This document shows, in pieces, positions 8,726 to 20,391 of a stretch of 64,000 bases of DNA. Under the pieces are notes generated by a model. The model was not told the DNA's origin. It ran no database searches and worked only from the letters and a program-made list of their open reading frames with translations. Origin of the DNA: an uncultured Eubacteriales bacterium. GTDB lineage: Bacteria > Bacillota > Clostridia > Peptostreptococcales > Anaerovoracaceae. How positions within the stretch are numbered: position 1 is the stretch's first letter; each line of letters begins with the position of its first letter. Made by a program: the position numbers and the translations under genes. The stretch is from NCBI GenBank assembly GCA_900545135.1, contig UQXL01000004.1, forward strand, positions 1,886 through 65,885, given 5' to 3'.

Positions 8726-10033
8726 TTAAATTTTATATGTCTGGAACTTGTCGTTTTCTTCTTTTACGTCTTCCCTGAATTCATATTCATTTCCAGGAAG
8801 AATTGCGTTGGCTGCGATGCCCACTATCGAAGCTATGGCAAGGCCGGAAAGCGTGATGTCTGCGCCCAGCAGAGTGAAGGTTATTCCTCCCAGGGAGTTA
8901 AAGCCGAGGGCGCACACCAGTATCAGAGCCGCTATGATGGTATTTCTGCTTCTCGTGAAGTCCACGCGGTTTTCAACTACGTTTCTTATGCCGATAGCGG
9001 AAATCATGCCGTAAAGTATGAAGGAAATGCCTCCTATGGTAGCCGCCGGGATACATTCGATCACGAAAGCCACCTTTGGGATACAGGATAAAGCTATGGC
9101 GAATACGGCCGCTATCCTCATGACCATAGGGTCATATACTTTAGTCAGGGCGAGAACGCCTGTATTTTCTCCGTAAGTAGTGTTGGCCGGAGCGCCTACC
9201 GCCGCAGCCAGGCAAGTTGCCAGACCGTCCCCGAGCAAAGTTCTGTGGAGTCCAGGATCAGCGATGTAGTTCTTTCCTGTGGTGGCTCCTATCGCTGAAA
9301 TATCTCCTATGTGTTCCATCATCGTGGCTAGGGCTATCGGCATTATGGTTATAATTGCGCTTACATCGAACTTCATGAGGGTGATTTCAGGCAGTCCCAC
9401 TATCGCCTCGTCCTGTATGCCGGAAAAGTCCACTTCTCCCATCAGTATAGCCGCCAGATATGATACGGCCACGCCTATGAGTATAGGTACGATTTTCGCC
9501 ATGCCTCTGCCCCATATATTGAATACGATGACTGTGGCCAGCGCGATCAGCGCGATCGGCCAGTTGGTGGCGCAGTTGTTTATCGCTGAAGGAGCCAGTA
9601 TAAGGCCGATGGAAATGATGATAGGTCCTGTAACGACGGGAGGAAAGAACCTCATGACTCTTTTGGCCCCGAAGCCTTTTATCAAAGCTGACAGCAGAAG
9701 ATACAGAAGTCCGGCGCAGAAAACACCGCCGCAGGCGTATGGCAGCATCTCTATGTTAGGCGTTCCGTCCTCCATGAGAGGCGCTACAGCCGCATATCCT
9801 CCGAGGAAAGCAAAGGACGAGCCTAAAAACGCCGGAACTTTTCCCTTAGTCAAGAGATGAAACAGCAGCGTTCCTGCCCCGGCCATCAGAAGAGTGGTTG
9901 CTATCGGAAGTCCTGTCAGTATAGGCACCAGCACGGTTGCTCCGAACATGGCGAATGTATGCTGGAGCCCCAAAATAATGGTCTTGCCGGCGCCTAAAGT
10001 TTTTACGTCAGTAATTGGTTCATTGTTGTTCAT
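8726..10033 (-). CDS. NCS2-family nucleobase permease, uracil permease-like
   Basis: 435 aa with the motif GLQHTFAMFGATVLVP, typical of UraA/PyrP. Confidence 0.75.
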   Translation of the reverse strand: MNNNEPITDVKTLGAGKTIILGLQHTFAMFGATVLVPILTGLPIATTLLMAGAGTLLFHLLTKGKVPAFLGSSFAFLGGYAAVAPLMEDGTPNIEMLPYACGGVFCAGLLYLLLSALIKGFGAKRVMRFFPPVVTGPIIISIGLILAPSAINNCATNWPIALIALATVIVFNIWGRGMAKIVPILIGVAVSYLAAILMGEVDFSGIQDEAIVGLPEITLMKFDVSAIITIMPIALATMMEHIGDISAIGATTGKNYIADPGLHRTLLGDGLATCLAAAVGAPANTTYGENTGVLALTKVYDPMVMRIAAVFAIALSCIPKVAFVIECIPAATIGGISFILYGMISAIGIRNVVENRVDFTRSRNTIIAALILVCALGFNSLGGITFTLLGADITLSGLAIASIVGIAANAILPGNEYEFREDVKEENDKFQTYKI

Positions 10034-10084
10034 AAATCTTGCCCTCCCTGTGAATTATTGTTTTCTACATATGAATTATCCTAT

Positions 10085-10115
10085 AAAAAGGACTTCCTAT
10101 TGGGAAGTCCTTTAA
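10085..10115 (-). terminator. Intrinsic terminator downstream of the pyrophosphatase gene
   Basis: Minus strand reads aaaggacttcc-caat-aggaagtccttttt: a 9-bp GC-containing stem followed by a U-run. Confidence 0.6.
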
Positions 10116-10130
10116 TAAGTCTTGAATTGT

Positions 10131-12143
10131 CTACAGCAGACCGCCGATCTCTACGAACAGAGGAGCGAATACTACTGCTACTATTGTCATAAGCTTTATG
10201 AGAATGTTGATTGAAGGACCGGATGTATCCTTGAACGGGTCGCCTACAGTATCTCCTACGACAGCGGCTTTATGAGGTTCAGAACCTTTTCCGCCGTAAT
10301 TTCCTTCTTCAATGTATTTCTTGGCATTGTCCCAAGCTCCGCCGGCATTGGCCATCATGATGGCAAGCAGTACGCCGGAGGATAATGCTCCGCCCAGCAT
10401 TCCGCCTAAAGCGGCAGGTCCTAAAACGATACCTACAAGCAGAGGCGCTATGATAGCCATGATACCCGGGGCAATCATTTCTTTAAGAGCAGCCTTGGTG
10501 GAAATGTCAACGCAGTTAGCATAGTCAGGCTTTGAAGTTCCTTCCATTATGCCCTTGTCTTCTCTGAACTGTCTTCTCACTTCTTCAATCATCTGATTGG
10601 CAGCTTTTCCTACTGAATTCATAGTCATAGCTGAGAACAGGAACGGAAGCATAGCTCCGATGAACAGTCCGATGATTACGATAGGGTCAAGCAGGCTGAT
10701 AACATCCAGGTTTGTAACTGCCGCGTATGAAGCGAACAGAGCCAGAGCTGTCAGTGCAGCTGAACCGATGGCGAAACCCTTACCGATGGCAGCTGTGGTG
10801 TTGCCAACTGAGTCAAGCTTGTCCGTGATTTCTCTTACGTCGTGAGGCAGCTCTGACATTTCGGCGATACCGCCTGCATTGTCGGAAACAGGACCATAAG
10901 CGTCAACGGCTACGGTCATACCTGTAGTTGAAAGCATACCTACGGCAGCAAGAGCGATTCCGTAAAGTCCTGCGAACTGATAAGCGACGAATACGCCTAC
11001 GCATATGAGGATGATAGGCCACAGAGTCGACATCATGCCTACTCCCAAGCCGCTGATGATAGTAGTAGCGGCTCCTGTCTGAGACTGTTCTGCAATTTTC
11101 TTAACTGATTTGTAATCTGCGGAAGTATAGATTTCCGTGATCTTTCCTATCGCTATACCTACCACAAGTCCGGAGATGATGGCAGCTGCATAAGTGTAGT
11201 CTCCCAGCATGCTCTTGGAGAAATATATCGTAGCGATTATAACGATGATTCCGCTTATATAAGTACCCATGTTGAGAGCGCTGGCAGGATTGCCGCCTTC
11301 CTTTCCTCTCACGCACATGATGCCTATTACTGAAGCGAGTATGCCTATAGCTGATATCACAAGCGGGAATATTGCAGCCGTAGTTTCTGAGAAAGTGGCC
11401 GTCTCCGCTGAAGTCATAACAGCTACGGAAGCCAGTGTGATGGCTGAAATTATTGAACCTACATAGGATTCAAACAGGTCTGAACCCATTCCGGCAACGT
11501 CGCCTACGTTATCGCCTACGTTGTCCGCGATAACTGCAGGGTTTCTAGGGTCGTCCTCAGGGATGCCTGCTTCTACCTTACCTACAAGGTCTGCTCCTAC
11601 GTCTGCAGCTTTAGTATAGATACCGCCTCCGACTCTTCCGAAGAGAGCCATAGAGGAAGCGCCGAGACCGAAGCCTGTAACGCATTCTACTACTGTAGCT
11701 AAATCAAGAACTACAACTACAAGTCCGAGTCCGAAAAGGCCGAGGCCTGATACGCACAGACCCATAACGGCTCCGCTTCTGAACGCGATCTTGAGAGCTT
11801 TGTTCATTCCGGATTCTCTGGCAGCGTTGGCAGTTCTCACGTTACCTGCGGTAGCCACCTTCATTCCGAAGAAACCGGCCAGTACTGAAAGCAACGCTCC
11901 GCATACGTAGAGCACTGCTGTCGTCCAGCTCTGTAAGCCAAGTCCTATCAACAAGAATAATAAGACAATTACGATGACCATTGTCTTATATTCTCTTCTC
12001 AGGAACGCCATAGCACCTTCTCTGATGTATCCGGCGATTTCCCTCATTCTGTCTGTACCTTCGTCAGCCTTGAGAATCCATGCTGCTAAGCAAAACGCAA
12101 CAACTAGTCCAAACGCGGCTGCACATACAGCAAAAATGTCCAT
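10131..12143 (-). CDS. hppA: Membrane-bound ion-translocating (H+ or Na+) pyrophosphatase
   Basis: 670 aa, 16-TM-like, with the conserved V-PPase motifs ([28 protein letters not shown]). Confidence 0.9.
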   Translation of the reverse strand: MDIFAVCAAAFGLVVAFCLAAWILKADEGTDRMREIAGYIREGAMAFLRREYKTMVIVIVLLFLLIGLGLQSWTTAVLYVCGALLSVLAGFFGMKVATAGNVRTANAARESGMNKALKIAFRSGAVMGLCVSGLGLFGLGLVVVVLDLATVVECVTGFGLGASSMALFGRVGGGIYTKAADVGADLVGKVEAGIPEDDPRNPAVIADNVGDNVGDVAGMGSDLFESYVGSIISAITLASVAVMTSAETATFSETTAAIFPLVISAIGILASVIGIMCVRGKEGGNPASALNMGTYISGIIVIIATIYFSKSMLGDYTYAAAIISGLVVGIAIGKITEIYTSADYKSVKKIAEQSQTGAATTIISGLGVGMMSTLWPIILICVGVFVAYQFAGLYGIALAAVGMLSTTGMTVAVDAYGPVSDNAGGIAEMSELPHDVREITDKLDSVGNTTAAIGKGFAIGSAALTALALFASYAAVTNLDVISLLDPIVIIGLFIGAMLPFLFSAMTMNSVGKAANQMIEEVRRQFREDKGIMEGTSKPDYANCVDISTKAALKEMIAPGIMAIIAPLLVGIVLGPAALGGMLGGALSSGVLLAIMMANAGGAWDNAKKYIEEGNYGGKGSEPHKAAVVGDTVGDPFKDTSGPSINILIKLMTIVAVVFAPLFVEIGGLL

Positions 12144-12247
12144 GTTTGATACCTCCTGCTCACTTTTAACGCTGAAGAAGAGGCACGCTAAAGCACCTCC
12201 CTACGCAAAGTGAATATTAAATAATAATAAACGTTTTAATTGCGAAG

Positions 12248-12478
12248 CTAGTCCATTGCCACCAGCGCCAAAGACAGCACTACGAACAGGATAGCTCCTA
12301 CTGTTGTAATTTTTGACAATATAGCCTCATAGCCCTTGCTCTTCTTCTTTCCGAAAAGCTGTTCAGCTCCGCCTGCGATAGAGCCGGAAAGCCCTGCGCT
12401 GTTGCCCGACTGCAGAAGCACGCTGGCGATGAGAACGATGCTTGAGATTGCCAATAAAATCATTAAGAACAGTCTCAT
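12248..12478 (-). CDS. secG: Preprotein translocase subunit SecG
   Basis: 76 aa with two TM segments and a SecG-like sequence (LLQSGNSAGLSGSIAGGAEQLFGKKK). Confidence 0.8.
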   Translation of the reverse strand: MRLFLMILLAISSIVLIASVLLQSGNSAGLSGSIAGGAEQLFGKKKSKGYEAILSKITTVGAILFVVLSLALVAMD

Positions 12479-12537
12479 AATTTTCCTCCTACATTATAAC
12501 TCGATTAGTATACCATACAAACAATGTCGAAATCAAG

Positions 12538-13284
12538 TTAAAAGTTGACAATTTCAATAAATTTTAGCGGATCCAAACTTGCTCCGCCCACCAGCGCTCC
12601 GTCTATTTCTTCCATGTTCATGATTTCCGTAGCATTTTCAGGCTTGACGCTGCCGCCGTACTGGATCACTATCTTGTCCGCTGTCTCTTCATCATATATT
12701 TCTGTCAGCGTTTCCCTTATGCATGAACACATTTCATTGGCCTGCTCGGGAGTTGCGGTCTTTCCGGTGCCTATGGCCCATACAGGCTCGTATGCTATGG
12801 TAACCTTGCAGGCGTCGTTGCCGCTGATACCGCTGAATGCGGCTTTTACCTGAGAAGAAACCAGGCTCTGTGCCTTTCCTGCCTCCCTCTCCTCCAGTTT
12901 TTCACCTACGCATACTACAGGCAGAATTTTGGATTGGAGCAAAGCTTTGAGCTTGAGATTGACAGTCTCGTTTGTCTCGCCGAAATACTGGCGTCTTTCA
13001 GAATGTCCCACAAGGCAGTAGTCTACGCCCAGTTCCTCAAGCATTTCTACAGAAATCTCTCCTGTAAAAGCGCCCTCTTTTTCAAAATGAACGTTCTGTG
13101 CGCCTACGCCTATGCCGCTGCCTGAAAGCTCTTCTTTCAGAGCCTGAAGCTGCGTATAAGGCGCAAAGATTGCAGCCCTTACGTCCGTATCGTGATAAAG
13201 CTTTTTAAATTCGCAGGCAAATTCCCTCGCCTCGCTGATGGTCTTGTACATCTTCCAGTTTCCCGCGATGAACGGTATTCTCAT
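12538..13284 (-). CDS. tpiA: Triosephosphate isomerase
   Basis: 248 aa with IAGNWKM, GHSERR and YGGSV. Confidence 0.95.
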   Translation of the reverse strand: MRIPFIAGNWKMYKTISEAREFACEFKKLYHDTDVRAAIFAPYTQLQALKEELSGSGIGVGAQNVHFEKEGAFTGEISVEMLEELGVDYCLVGHSERRQYFGETNETVNLKLKALLQSKILPVVCVGEKLEEREAGKAQSLVSSQVKAAFSGISGNDACKVTIAYEPVWAIGTGKTATPEQANEMCSCIRETLTEIYDEETADKIVIQYGGSVKPENATEIMNMEEIDGALVGGASLDPLKFIEIVNF

Positions 13285-13319
13285 ATAGCTTTCCCGCCTT
13301 TCTTATCTTATCCTCTTAC

Positions 13320-14516
13320 TTATCCGATCTTATCTTCCAGAACGGCCACGCCCGGCAGCTCTTTGCCTTCGAGGAATTCAAGAGAAGCTCCTCCGCCTGT
13401 GGAGATGTGACTCATCTCTGAAGCCAGTCCGAACTGGGTCACCGCCGCGGCAGAATCTCCGCCTCCGATGACTGTCACCGCCTCTGATTGAGCCATCGCC
13501 TCGGCCACCGCTAAAGTTCCCTTGGCGAAGTTTTCCATCTCGAAAACGCCCATAGGTCCGTTCCATACGACGGTCTTTGCATTGAGGATTTCTTCCTTAT
13601 ATATGGCCGCCGTTTCAGGTCCTATATCGAGTCCCATCATGTCTGACGGAATTTCTTCAGCTTTATAAACTCCGGTCTCTGTATCGTTCTTGAATTCTTT
13701 GCCGCATACCACGTCCACGGGGAGCAGGAACCTCACCTTATTTTCTTCGGCTTCCCTGATGAGGTCTTTAGCCAGATCTACGCTATCCGCATCGAGGATG
13801 GAAGTTCCGATTTCATATCCCATGGATTTGAAGAAAGTATAGGCCATGCCGCCGCCTATTATCAGAACGTCGACTTTGTTAAGCAGATTTCTTATCACCG
13901 ATATCTTGTCGCTCACCTTGGCTCCTCCCATGATGGCGACGAAAGGTCTCTGCGGATTTTCCACGGCGTTGCCTAAAAACTCCAGCTCCTTTTCTATCAG
14001 AAAACCTGATACGGCCGGCAGATACGAAGCGATGCCGGCTGTCGAAGCGTGGGCTCTGTGGGCAGTGCCGAACGCGTCGTTGACAAATATATCCGCTAAA
14101 GAAGCCAATTCCTTGGCAAATTCTTCTCCGTTCTTGGTTTCTTCCTTTCTGAAGCGGACGTTTTCAAGAAGCATCACCTGGCCGCCTTTGAGCTGTCCGG
14201 CTTTTTTTCTTACCTCATCGTCCACGACGCTGTCAGAGGCGGCGAAGATCACATCTGTACCGAGGAGCTGCGAAAGTCTGTCTGCAACAGGCTTTAATGT
14301 GTATTGTGCGTCCGGCTGTCCGCCCGGTCTTCCCAGGTGGGACATCAGTATAACTGCCGCATTTTCCCCGATAAGGTACTGTATCGTCGGCAGCGCCGCT
14401 TTTATTCTCGTATCGTCGGTGATCTGTCCGTCTTTGAGGGGAACGTTGAAATCGCATCTGGCGATGACTTTCTTATCTTTGACTTCTATATCCCTGATAG
14501 TTTTTTTCATTTTCAA
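13320..14516 (-). CDS. pgk: Phosphoglycerate kinase
   Basis: 398 aa with conserved PGK motifs. Confidence 0.95.
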   Translation of the reverse strand: MKMKKTIRDIEVKDKKVIARCDFNVPLKDGQITDDTRIKAALPTIQYLIGENAAVILMSHLGRPGGQPDAQYTLKPVADRLSQLLGTDVIFAASDSVVDDEVRKKAGQLKGGQVMLLENVRFRKEETKNGEEFAKELASLADIFVNDAFGTAHRAHASTAGIASYLPAVSGFLIEKELEFLGNAVENPQRPFVAIMGGAKVSDKISVIRNLLNKVDVLIIGGGMAYTFFKSMGYEIGTSILDADSVDLAKDLIREAEENKVRFLLPVDVVCGKEFKNDTETGVYKAEEIPSDMMGLDIGPETAAIYKEEILNAKTVVWNGPMGVFEMENFAKGTLAVAEAMAQSEAVTVIGGGDSAAAVTQFGLASEMSHISTGGGASLEFLEGKELPGVAVLEDKIG

Positions 14517-14635
14517 GCCTTTCTTTTCATTAAATATTCAGCAAACTCGCCGTCCCCTGGCGCTCTTCCCGCGCCGCGGCAGATGACGCCGAGGGTGATG
14601 GGCAGGTGCGCGGGGCGGCGAGCAAATTATTGGTT

Positions 14636-15646
14636 CTAGCCTACGCTGTGTATGTACTTTATCATTTCAAGAATCTTGCTTGAATATCCGAATTCATTGT
14701 CATAAAAGGCAATAAACTTGAAGAAATGGTCGTTCAGTTCTATGCCCTCCCTCGCATCGAAGATGGAAGTGCATGGATCGCCTACGAAATCTCCGGAGAC
14801 AACCTCGTCGTCCACATATTCCAGAACTCCTTTCATATAAGTTTCTGACGCTTCCTTTACCTTTGCGCAGATTTCTTCGTAGGAAGCCGGTTTTTCCAAA
14901 ACTACATTGAGGTCTACCACTGAAACGTCTGCCGTAGGGACTCTGTACGAAATACCTGTCATCTTTCCCTTGAGCGACGGAATTACCAGTCCTACGGCTT
15001 TAGCCGCGCCTGTGGTCGATGGAATCACGTTGCCGAAAACGCTTCTGCCTGTTCTCCAGTCTTTCATGGAACGGGCGTCCACTACTTTCTGCTTGGCTGT
15101 CGCCGAATGGATGGTGGACATGAGTCCTTCCTTGATTTCCCAGTTGTCTTCGATGACTTTTGCCAGAGGCGCGAGACAGTTGGTTGTGCAGGAAGCGTTG
15201 GAAACGACCTGCATTTCCGGTCTGTATTCCTCGTGGTTTACTCCGTATACGAAAGTCGGAGTATCCTTGTCCTTGGCCGGCGCGGATATGATGACTTTCT
15301 TAGCTCCGGCTTTTATATGATCCATGGATTTTTCTGTAGTAACGTAGGCTCCTGTGGCCTCCACAATGTACTCTGCTCCGCATTCTTTCCACGGAATGTT
15401 GATTGCTTCGGTCTCACTGTAAACGGGAACTTTTTTGCCGTCTATTATCAGACCTTTGTCGTAGCGGTCCAGGCTCTTCGGAAATCTTCCGAAAGTCGTA
15501 TCGTACTTCAACATGTAGACCAGATACTCAAGGTCTGCGTTTCTCACGTTGATTCCCGCAATCTCGATTTCGGGCATGTCCATCGCCGCGCGGATGACAA
15601 CTCTTGCAATTCTTCCGAAACCGCTGATACCTACTTTAATCGCCAT
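14636..15646 (-). CDS. gap: Glyceraldehyde-3-phosphate dehydrogenase (type I)
   Basis: MAIKVGISGFGRIARV.. and SCTTNCLAP. The start was chosen at the ATG preceded by gggagg; the ORF extends to 15679. Confidence 0.9.
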   Translation of the reverse strand: MAIKVGISGFGRIARVVIRAAMDMPEIEIAGINVRNADLEYLVYMLKYDTTFGRFPKSLDRYDKGLIIDGKKVPVYSETEAINIPWKECGAEYIVEATGAYVTTEKSMDHIKAGAKKVIISAPAKDKDTPTFVYGVNHEEYRPEMQVVSNASCTTNCLAPLAKVIEDNWEIKEGLMSTIHSATAKQKVVDARSMKDWRTGRSVFGNVIPSTTGAAKAVGLVIPSLKGKMTGISYRVPTADVSVVDLNVVLEKPASYEEICAKVKEASETYMKGVLEYVDDEVVSGDFVGDPCTSIFDAREGIELNDHFFKFIAFYDNEFGYSSKILEMIKYIHSVG

Positions 15647-15692
15647 TTTTCTTTTCCTCCCAAACTCTAAGTATGACAATTACTTTTTTAAA

Positions 15693-17075
15693 TTATTTAT
15701 ATTCGTATCTTCTTCTCTTCGATGAAGATAAAATATTCATTCCTTCCCTGTACTTGGCAACTGTACGGCGTGATATCTCTATTCCTCTTTCGCTGAGGAT
15801 CTCTACCATCTCCTGGTCGCTGTAAGGCTTCTTAGGGTCTTCCCCGTCTATTATTTCCTTTATGAACGTTTTAATGCTGTTGGAGGACAGTCCTTCTCCG
15901 CCCTGGCTGGTCACGCCGCTTGAGAAGAAATACCTTATCTCGAAAACGCCTCTCGGGGTCTGCATATATTTGCCGTTGATGGAACGGCTTACTGTGGACT
16001 CGTGTACTCCCATCACGTCTGCCACCTGCTTCAGCGTCAGCGTTTTCAGATATTTAGGTCCCTTGTCGAGGAACTCTTTCTGATGCTCCACCACAGCCGT
16101 GACCACGTTGAATATGGTCTGTCTGCGCTGTTCTATGCTCTTTATCAGCCATATCGCTGAATTGAATTTATCTGTAAGGTATTTGGATACTTCTTCGTCG
16201 TTTTTAGTCTCCTTTGAAAGGTTGGTGTAATAAGGGCTGACCATAAGATGCGGTATGCTGTTCTCGTTGGTTGTAACCACATATTCACCGTTCACTTTCT
16301 CGACTATCACGTCGGGAGTTATGTATTTGACGTTTTCGTCGCTGGCATAGCTTCTTCCCGGCTTCGGCTCAAGAGTTCTTATCAGGTCGCATACCATCTG
16401 CACCTGACTAACAGGTATGCCCAGCTGTTTGGAAACTTTGCCCAGCCTGTTCTCACCAAGGTCCTCAAGGTGATTGAGGATTATGTACTCTATCCTGTCC
16501 TCGAGAAGTCCCTTTGCTGCCAGCTGTATTATGAGACATTCCTTAAGGCTTCTGGCGCCTACCCCCAAGGGCTCAAAGGTCTGAATGACGTCAAGGACTT
16601 TTTCCACCTGCTCTTCAGTAGTCCTGAAGCATTTCGCGACTTTCTCGATATCGGCGGTAAGATAACCGTTGTCGTCTATGGCTTCCACCAGATATCTTCC
16701 TATCTTGAGGTCCTTTCCTTTCAGGTTGGAAAAGGTCAGCTGAAGAAGCAGCGAGTCTTCCAGCGTCTCGTCTTTGCTGACGAACTGTTCAAAGGAGAAC
16801 GTGTCCTTATCCTTTGAATACTGCCACTGCTTATAGCTTATATCGTCGTAATCTTCCTTGACTTTTTCACGCAAATCGAAATCGGGCTGTTCCTTGGGCG
16901 GCTCGATGTCGGCCGTTCTGTCAAATTCCAGAACGGGGTTTTCCAGCAATTCGCCCTGCACGAAATTATCCAGCTCCTGAGTGTTGAACTGGAGAATTCG
17001 GATTGCCTGAATAAGTTCTGGCGTCATAGTCAACTTCTGAGTCTGTTCAATTGTCAGGCCATAACTTAATTTCAT
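15693..17075 (-). CDS. rpoN: RNA polymerase sigma-54 factor
   Basis: 460 aa with an N-terminal Q/L-rich region I and a C-terminal RpoN box (ARRTVAKYRE). Confidence 0.85.
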   Translation of the reverse strand: MKLSYGLTIEQTQKLTMTPELIQAIRILQFNTQELDNFVQGELLENPVLEFDRTADIEPPKEQPDFDLREKVKEDYDDISYKQWQYSKDKDTFSFEQFVSKDETLEDSLLLQLTFSNLKGKDLKIGRYLVEAIDDNGYLTADIEKVAKCFRTTEEQVEKVLDVIQTFEPLGVGARSLKECLIIQLAAKGLLEDRIEYIILNHLEDLGENRLGKVSKQLGIPVSQVQMVCDLIRTLEPKPGRSYASDENVKYITPDVIVEKVNGEYVVTTNENSIPHLMVSPYYTNLSKETKNDEEVSKYLTDKFNSAIWLIKSIEQRRQTIFNVVTAVVEHQKEFLDKGPKYLKTLTLKQVADVMGVHESTVSRSINGKYMQTPRGVFEIRYFFSSGVTSQGGEGLSSNSIKTFIKEIIDGEDPKKPYSDQEMVEILSERGIEISRRTVAKYREGMNILSSSKRRRYEYK

Positions 17076-17142
17076 CCTACACCTCTAGCTTAATCAAATT
17101 CAACCCTTTTTCTTATGCAAATATTATACCAAAAAACTCATA

Positions 17143-17613
17143 TCATTTCAAGCCTGGGAAGCCTAATTGTCTTAACGCTTCAAACAATATTATATTAGCA
17201 GAATTTGACAGATTGAAGGATCTGGCTCTTGTATTCTCGCTCATCGGTATCCTCACGGCCTTTTCTTCGTTCTCATGTATAAAGTCCCTCGGCAGCCCCC
17301 TTGTCTCTCTGCCGAAGAGAATGAAGTCTCCGTCTTCATATTTTACTTCAGTATAGAGGCGGCCTCCCTTTGTCGTCGCCAGCCACATCCTCTTCTCACC
17401 GTATTTTTTTATGAAATCGTCAAGGCTTTCGTGTATCTCCAAGTCGACGTAAGGCCAGTAATCAAGCCCGGCTCTTTTCACATGTCTGTCGTCTATATCG
17501 AATCCCAGAGGTTTGACAAGATGGAGCTTGGTGTCTGTGGCCGCGCATGTTCTGGCTATATTGCCCGTATTGGGCGGTATTTCAGGTTCTACGAATACTA
17601 TGTTAAGACTCAT
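17143..17613 (-). CDS. trmL: tRNA (cytidine/uridine-2'-O)-methyltransferase TrmL (SpoU class)
   Basis: 156 aa with SPOUT-family motifs (EPEIPPNTGNIARTCAA). Confidence 0.8.
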   Translation of the reverse strand: MSLNIVFVEPEIPPNTGNIARTCAATDTKLHLVKPLGFDIDDRHVKRAGLDYWPYVDLEIHESLDDFIKKYGEKRMWLATTKGGRLYTEVKYEDGDFILFGRETRGLPRDFIHENEEKAVRIPMSENTRARSFNLSNSANIILFEALRQLGFPGLK

Positions 17614-17748
17614 ACTAAGTCATCCTCCCCTGACAATAATAACAAATTTTCAAAAAAGGTAAAGACAAAATTTCAAAACTGTTATATAATTTTGCTTAAA
17701 TAATTGTCGGAACAAACCGCAGTTATTCATTTGAACAAGGAGGAAAGC

Positions 17749-18717
17749 ATGAAAACCGCAAAAATCGGATTACTTGGCTTCGGCAACGTAGGCGGCGGAA
17801 CTTATCACATACTTACCGAAAACAAAAAAATAATAGAAGAGCGCACCGGAGTTACTCCCGAAGTAGTAAAAATTCTCCAGCGCAGCAGAAACAAAAAGCG
17901 TTTTACAGACGCAGACCCGTCGATTTTGACTGAAGATCCTGACGACATCATCAAAAATCCCGAGATAGACATTGTAGTGGAAATGATCGGCGGCATAGAG
18001 CCTGCCACCTCATTCATGGTGCAGTCCATGCAGAACGGAAAGCATGTAATCAGCGCCAACAAGGCGGCCATAGCTGCCAACTACAAGCTGCTCACGGAGA
18101 CGGCCCGCGCCAATAATGTGGAATTTCTCTTTGAGGCCAGCGTGGCCGGAGGCATCCCTGTGCTTACAGCTCTTACAGGAGCTCTGCAGGCCAATAACTT
18201 CATTGAAATCATGGGTATCTTAAACGGTACCACCAACTATATCCTCACCAAGATGACAGACGAGGGTCTTTCATACGACGACGTATTAAAGGACGCTCAG
18301 GCGAAGGGCTTCGCTGAAGCCGATCCAACCGCCGATGTTGAGGGAATCGACGCAGCCAACAAGCTTTCTATATTGATAGCTCTAGCCTTTGGAACCCACA
18401 TTCCTCCCGGATCCATACCTACCGAGGGAATCACCAGAGTTTCTCCTGAGGACATCAAGACAGCTTCAGCAAGCGGCAAAAAGATAAAGCTCATCGGCAA
18501 AGCGCGTATGGACGGCGGAAAACTGGAATATTCAGTCTCCCCTGTTCTCCTGGACGAAAGCCATCCTCTTGCAGGAGTGAGCAACGAGTTCAACGCCGTA
18601 TACGTCACCGGCGATATGGTCGGAGAGCTGATGTTCTACGGACGCGGCGCAGGCCCGCTCCCTACCGGCAGCGCAGTCTGCGGTGACATACTGAGCATAA
18701 TGAAGAGAAAGTTCTGA
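17749..18717 (+). CDS. hom: Homoserine dehydrogenase (no ACT domain)
   Basis: An aggagg RBS precedes the ATG at 17749. Contains [11 protein letters not shown] and a catalytic domain with NGTTNYIL and a conserved Lys region. Confidence 0.85.
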   Translation: MKTAKIGLLGFGNVGGGTYHILTENKKIIEERTGVTPEVVKILQRSRNKKRFTDADPSILTEDPDDIIKNPEIDIVVEMIGGIEPATSFMVQSMQNGKHVISANKAAIAANYKLLTETARANNVEFLFEASVAGGIPVLTALTGALQANNFIEIMGILNGTTNYILTKMTDEGLSYDDVLKDAQAKGFAEADPTADVEGIDAANKLSILIALAFGTHIPPGSIPTEGITRVSPEDIKTASASGKKIKLIGKARMDGGKLEYSVSPVLLDESHPLAGVSNEFNAVYVTGDMVGELMFYGRGAGPLPTGSAVCGDILSIMKRKF

Positions 18718-18758
18718 TAAAGCAGGTAAAAAAAAAGATAAACCAACGGAGGTATAAA

Positions 18759-19259
18759 ATGTCATTATATAAACAGTGGCTGGACCTGATGGAGGGCCAG
18801 ACAGAAGAAACATTTGAAAGTTTTTGGAAAGAATACAGTGAGACGGAAACCAGAGTATACGAACATATCCTGGCAAACAAAGATACTCATTTGAGCGGCA
18901 CATTCAAGGAGCTGACAGAGAAATTCAATGCCAATCCTGCGATATTCATGGGTTTTCTCGACGGAGTCAACACCAGCCTGAATAAGGAAAACGACCTGGA
19001 AAAGATCAAGGAAGATACTGCCATTGACCTTGACATCGACTTTGAGAAGCTGTTTTTCAACATGCTCAAGGCTGACGCCGATTATCTCTACACCCTGCCT
19101 CAGTGGGACGGTGTGCTCTCTGAAGACAAGAGGAAAGAAATCGCCAAGGATTTCAAGCGTTCAAAGACAGTCCGCAAGGAAAAGGAGCCGGGCCGAAATG
19201 ATCCGTGTCCTTGCGGCTCAGGCAAAAAATATAAGAAATGCTGCGGAAAAGATAAATAG
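18759..19259 (+). CDS. SEC-C motif domain protein
   Basis: The C-terminal [17 protein letters not shown] matches the SecA-type metal-binding SEC-C motif. Confidence 0.6.
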   Translation: MSLYKQWLDLMEGQTEETFESFWKEYSETETRVYEHILANKDTHLSGTFKELTEKFNANPAIFMGFLDGVNTSLNKENDLEKIKEDTAIDLDIDFEKLFFNMLKADADYLYTLPQWDGVLSEDKRKEIAKDFKRSKTVRKEKEPGRNDPCPCGSGKKYKKCCGKDK

Positions 19260-19361
19260 CGTTATACTTTCCGCATAACCGTTAAGGCTTATCCGGGCAG
19301 CGGCGCCGACGCTTGGCGCATTTCTGTACACAAGCCCGGCATTTAAGAAAGGAACCATTCT

Positions 19362-20045
19362 ATGCATAAGGAAGATTCAATGCAGCTGTCAGTGATACAG
19401 CATCAAAACGATTTTATTTTCAGGACTTTTGTCTGGATGTTTGCAGGACTCCTGGTGACAGCCGCCTGTTCGTGGCTCACCTATGCTTCCAACCTGTTCT
19501 GGTATTTCCTCTATCAGAACACTTTCACCACGCTGCTGATAGCAGAAGTCGTGGTCGTCCTGCTGTTTTCATTTTTATTCAGAAAGCTGCCGCCTTTGGC
19601 AGTAGGCATACTTTTCTTTGCCTACGCCGTACTGAACGGCATTACGCTTTCAGTGATATTCGCCGTCTATCAGATGAGCTCCATCATAGTTTTATTCCTC
19701 GCCGGAGCTGCCCTCTTCGGCGGATTCGCCATCTACGGCTACAGATGCAAGAGCGACCTTACCCGCTGGGGCCCGATGCTGATGATTACCCTGCTGGTGG
19801 CGGTCGTCGTAAGCCTGATAAATATGTTCCTGCTGAGAAGCAGCGCGATGGAAATAGTCATAGACTGCGCCGTACTCTTCCTGTTCTTCGGCGTTACCGC
19901 TTACGATATGAACATGATCAAACAGTTCAGCATGGCTGCTCTTGAAAGCGACAGAAAGCTTTACATCTACGGAGCGATGCAGCTTTATCTGGATTTTATA
20001 AACATTTTCCTGAGACTTCTCGCCCTCTTCGGCAAGAGAAAATAG
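19362..20045 (+). CDS. Bax-inhibitor-1 / YccA family membrane protein
   Basis: 227 aa with 7 TM segments and a BI-1-like C-terminal region. Confidence 0.65.
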   Translation: MHKEDSMQLSVIQHQNDFIFRTFVWMFAGLLVTAACSWLTYASNLFWYFLYQNTFTTLLIAEVVVVLLFSFLFRKLPPLAVGILFFAYAVLNGITLSVIFAVYQMSSIIVLFLAGAALFGGFAIYGYRCKSDLTRWGPMLMITLLVAVVVSLINMFLLRSSAMEIVIDCAVLFLFFGVTAYDMNMIKQFSMAALESDRKLYIYGAMQLYLDFINIFLRLLALFGKRK

Positions 20046-20081
20046 CCGCGAGGCGTGCAGAAATTCGGATATTGGGAAAAA

Positions 20082-20222
20082 GGGAAAACCCCGCCAGTCC
20101 TGGTCAACATTCGTCAGCATGCGCTGACATGCGTCTGCATTTGTCAATGCGCGCGAATTCGTACCTGCGTCGATTTCAAGGCGCGTTGCATACGCATTTC
20201 ACAGGACTCCGGGGTTTTATTT
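20082..20222 (+). other. Long imperfect inverted repeat enclosing ~100 nt of nested small hairpins, followed by a T-run. It may be an unusually large terminator or a structured RNA element.
   Basis: aaaaccccgccagtcct ... aggactccggggtttta ttttt. The interior carries gtcagc-atgc-gctgac and atgc-gtct-gcat stems. Confidence 0.35.
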
Positions 20223-20391
20223 TTATGCTTTTGCGAGTTGAAATTTATATCAGTAATAAAAGTTCAGATAATCTTTCAAGTAAAGCAAGATATAACGATT
20301 ATAGTCGATTTTATTTTTCAGTTTAAAGTTTATCAGATCATGCCATTTATTATAATTTTTATAATCTCTTATATTGTGCTCATAGGGCGGC

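Noticed and set aside
10034-10084. PyrR attenuator binding loop upstream of the uracil permease gene
   Set aside because: The sequence acagggagggc is more simply the RBS (GGGAGGG). There is no anti-terminator or terminator pair between the promoter and the start.
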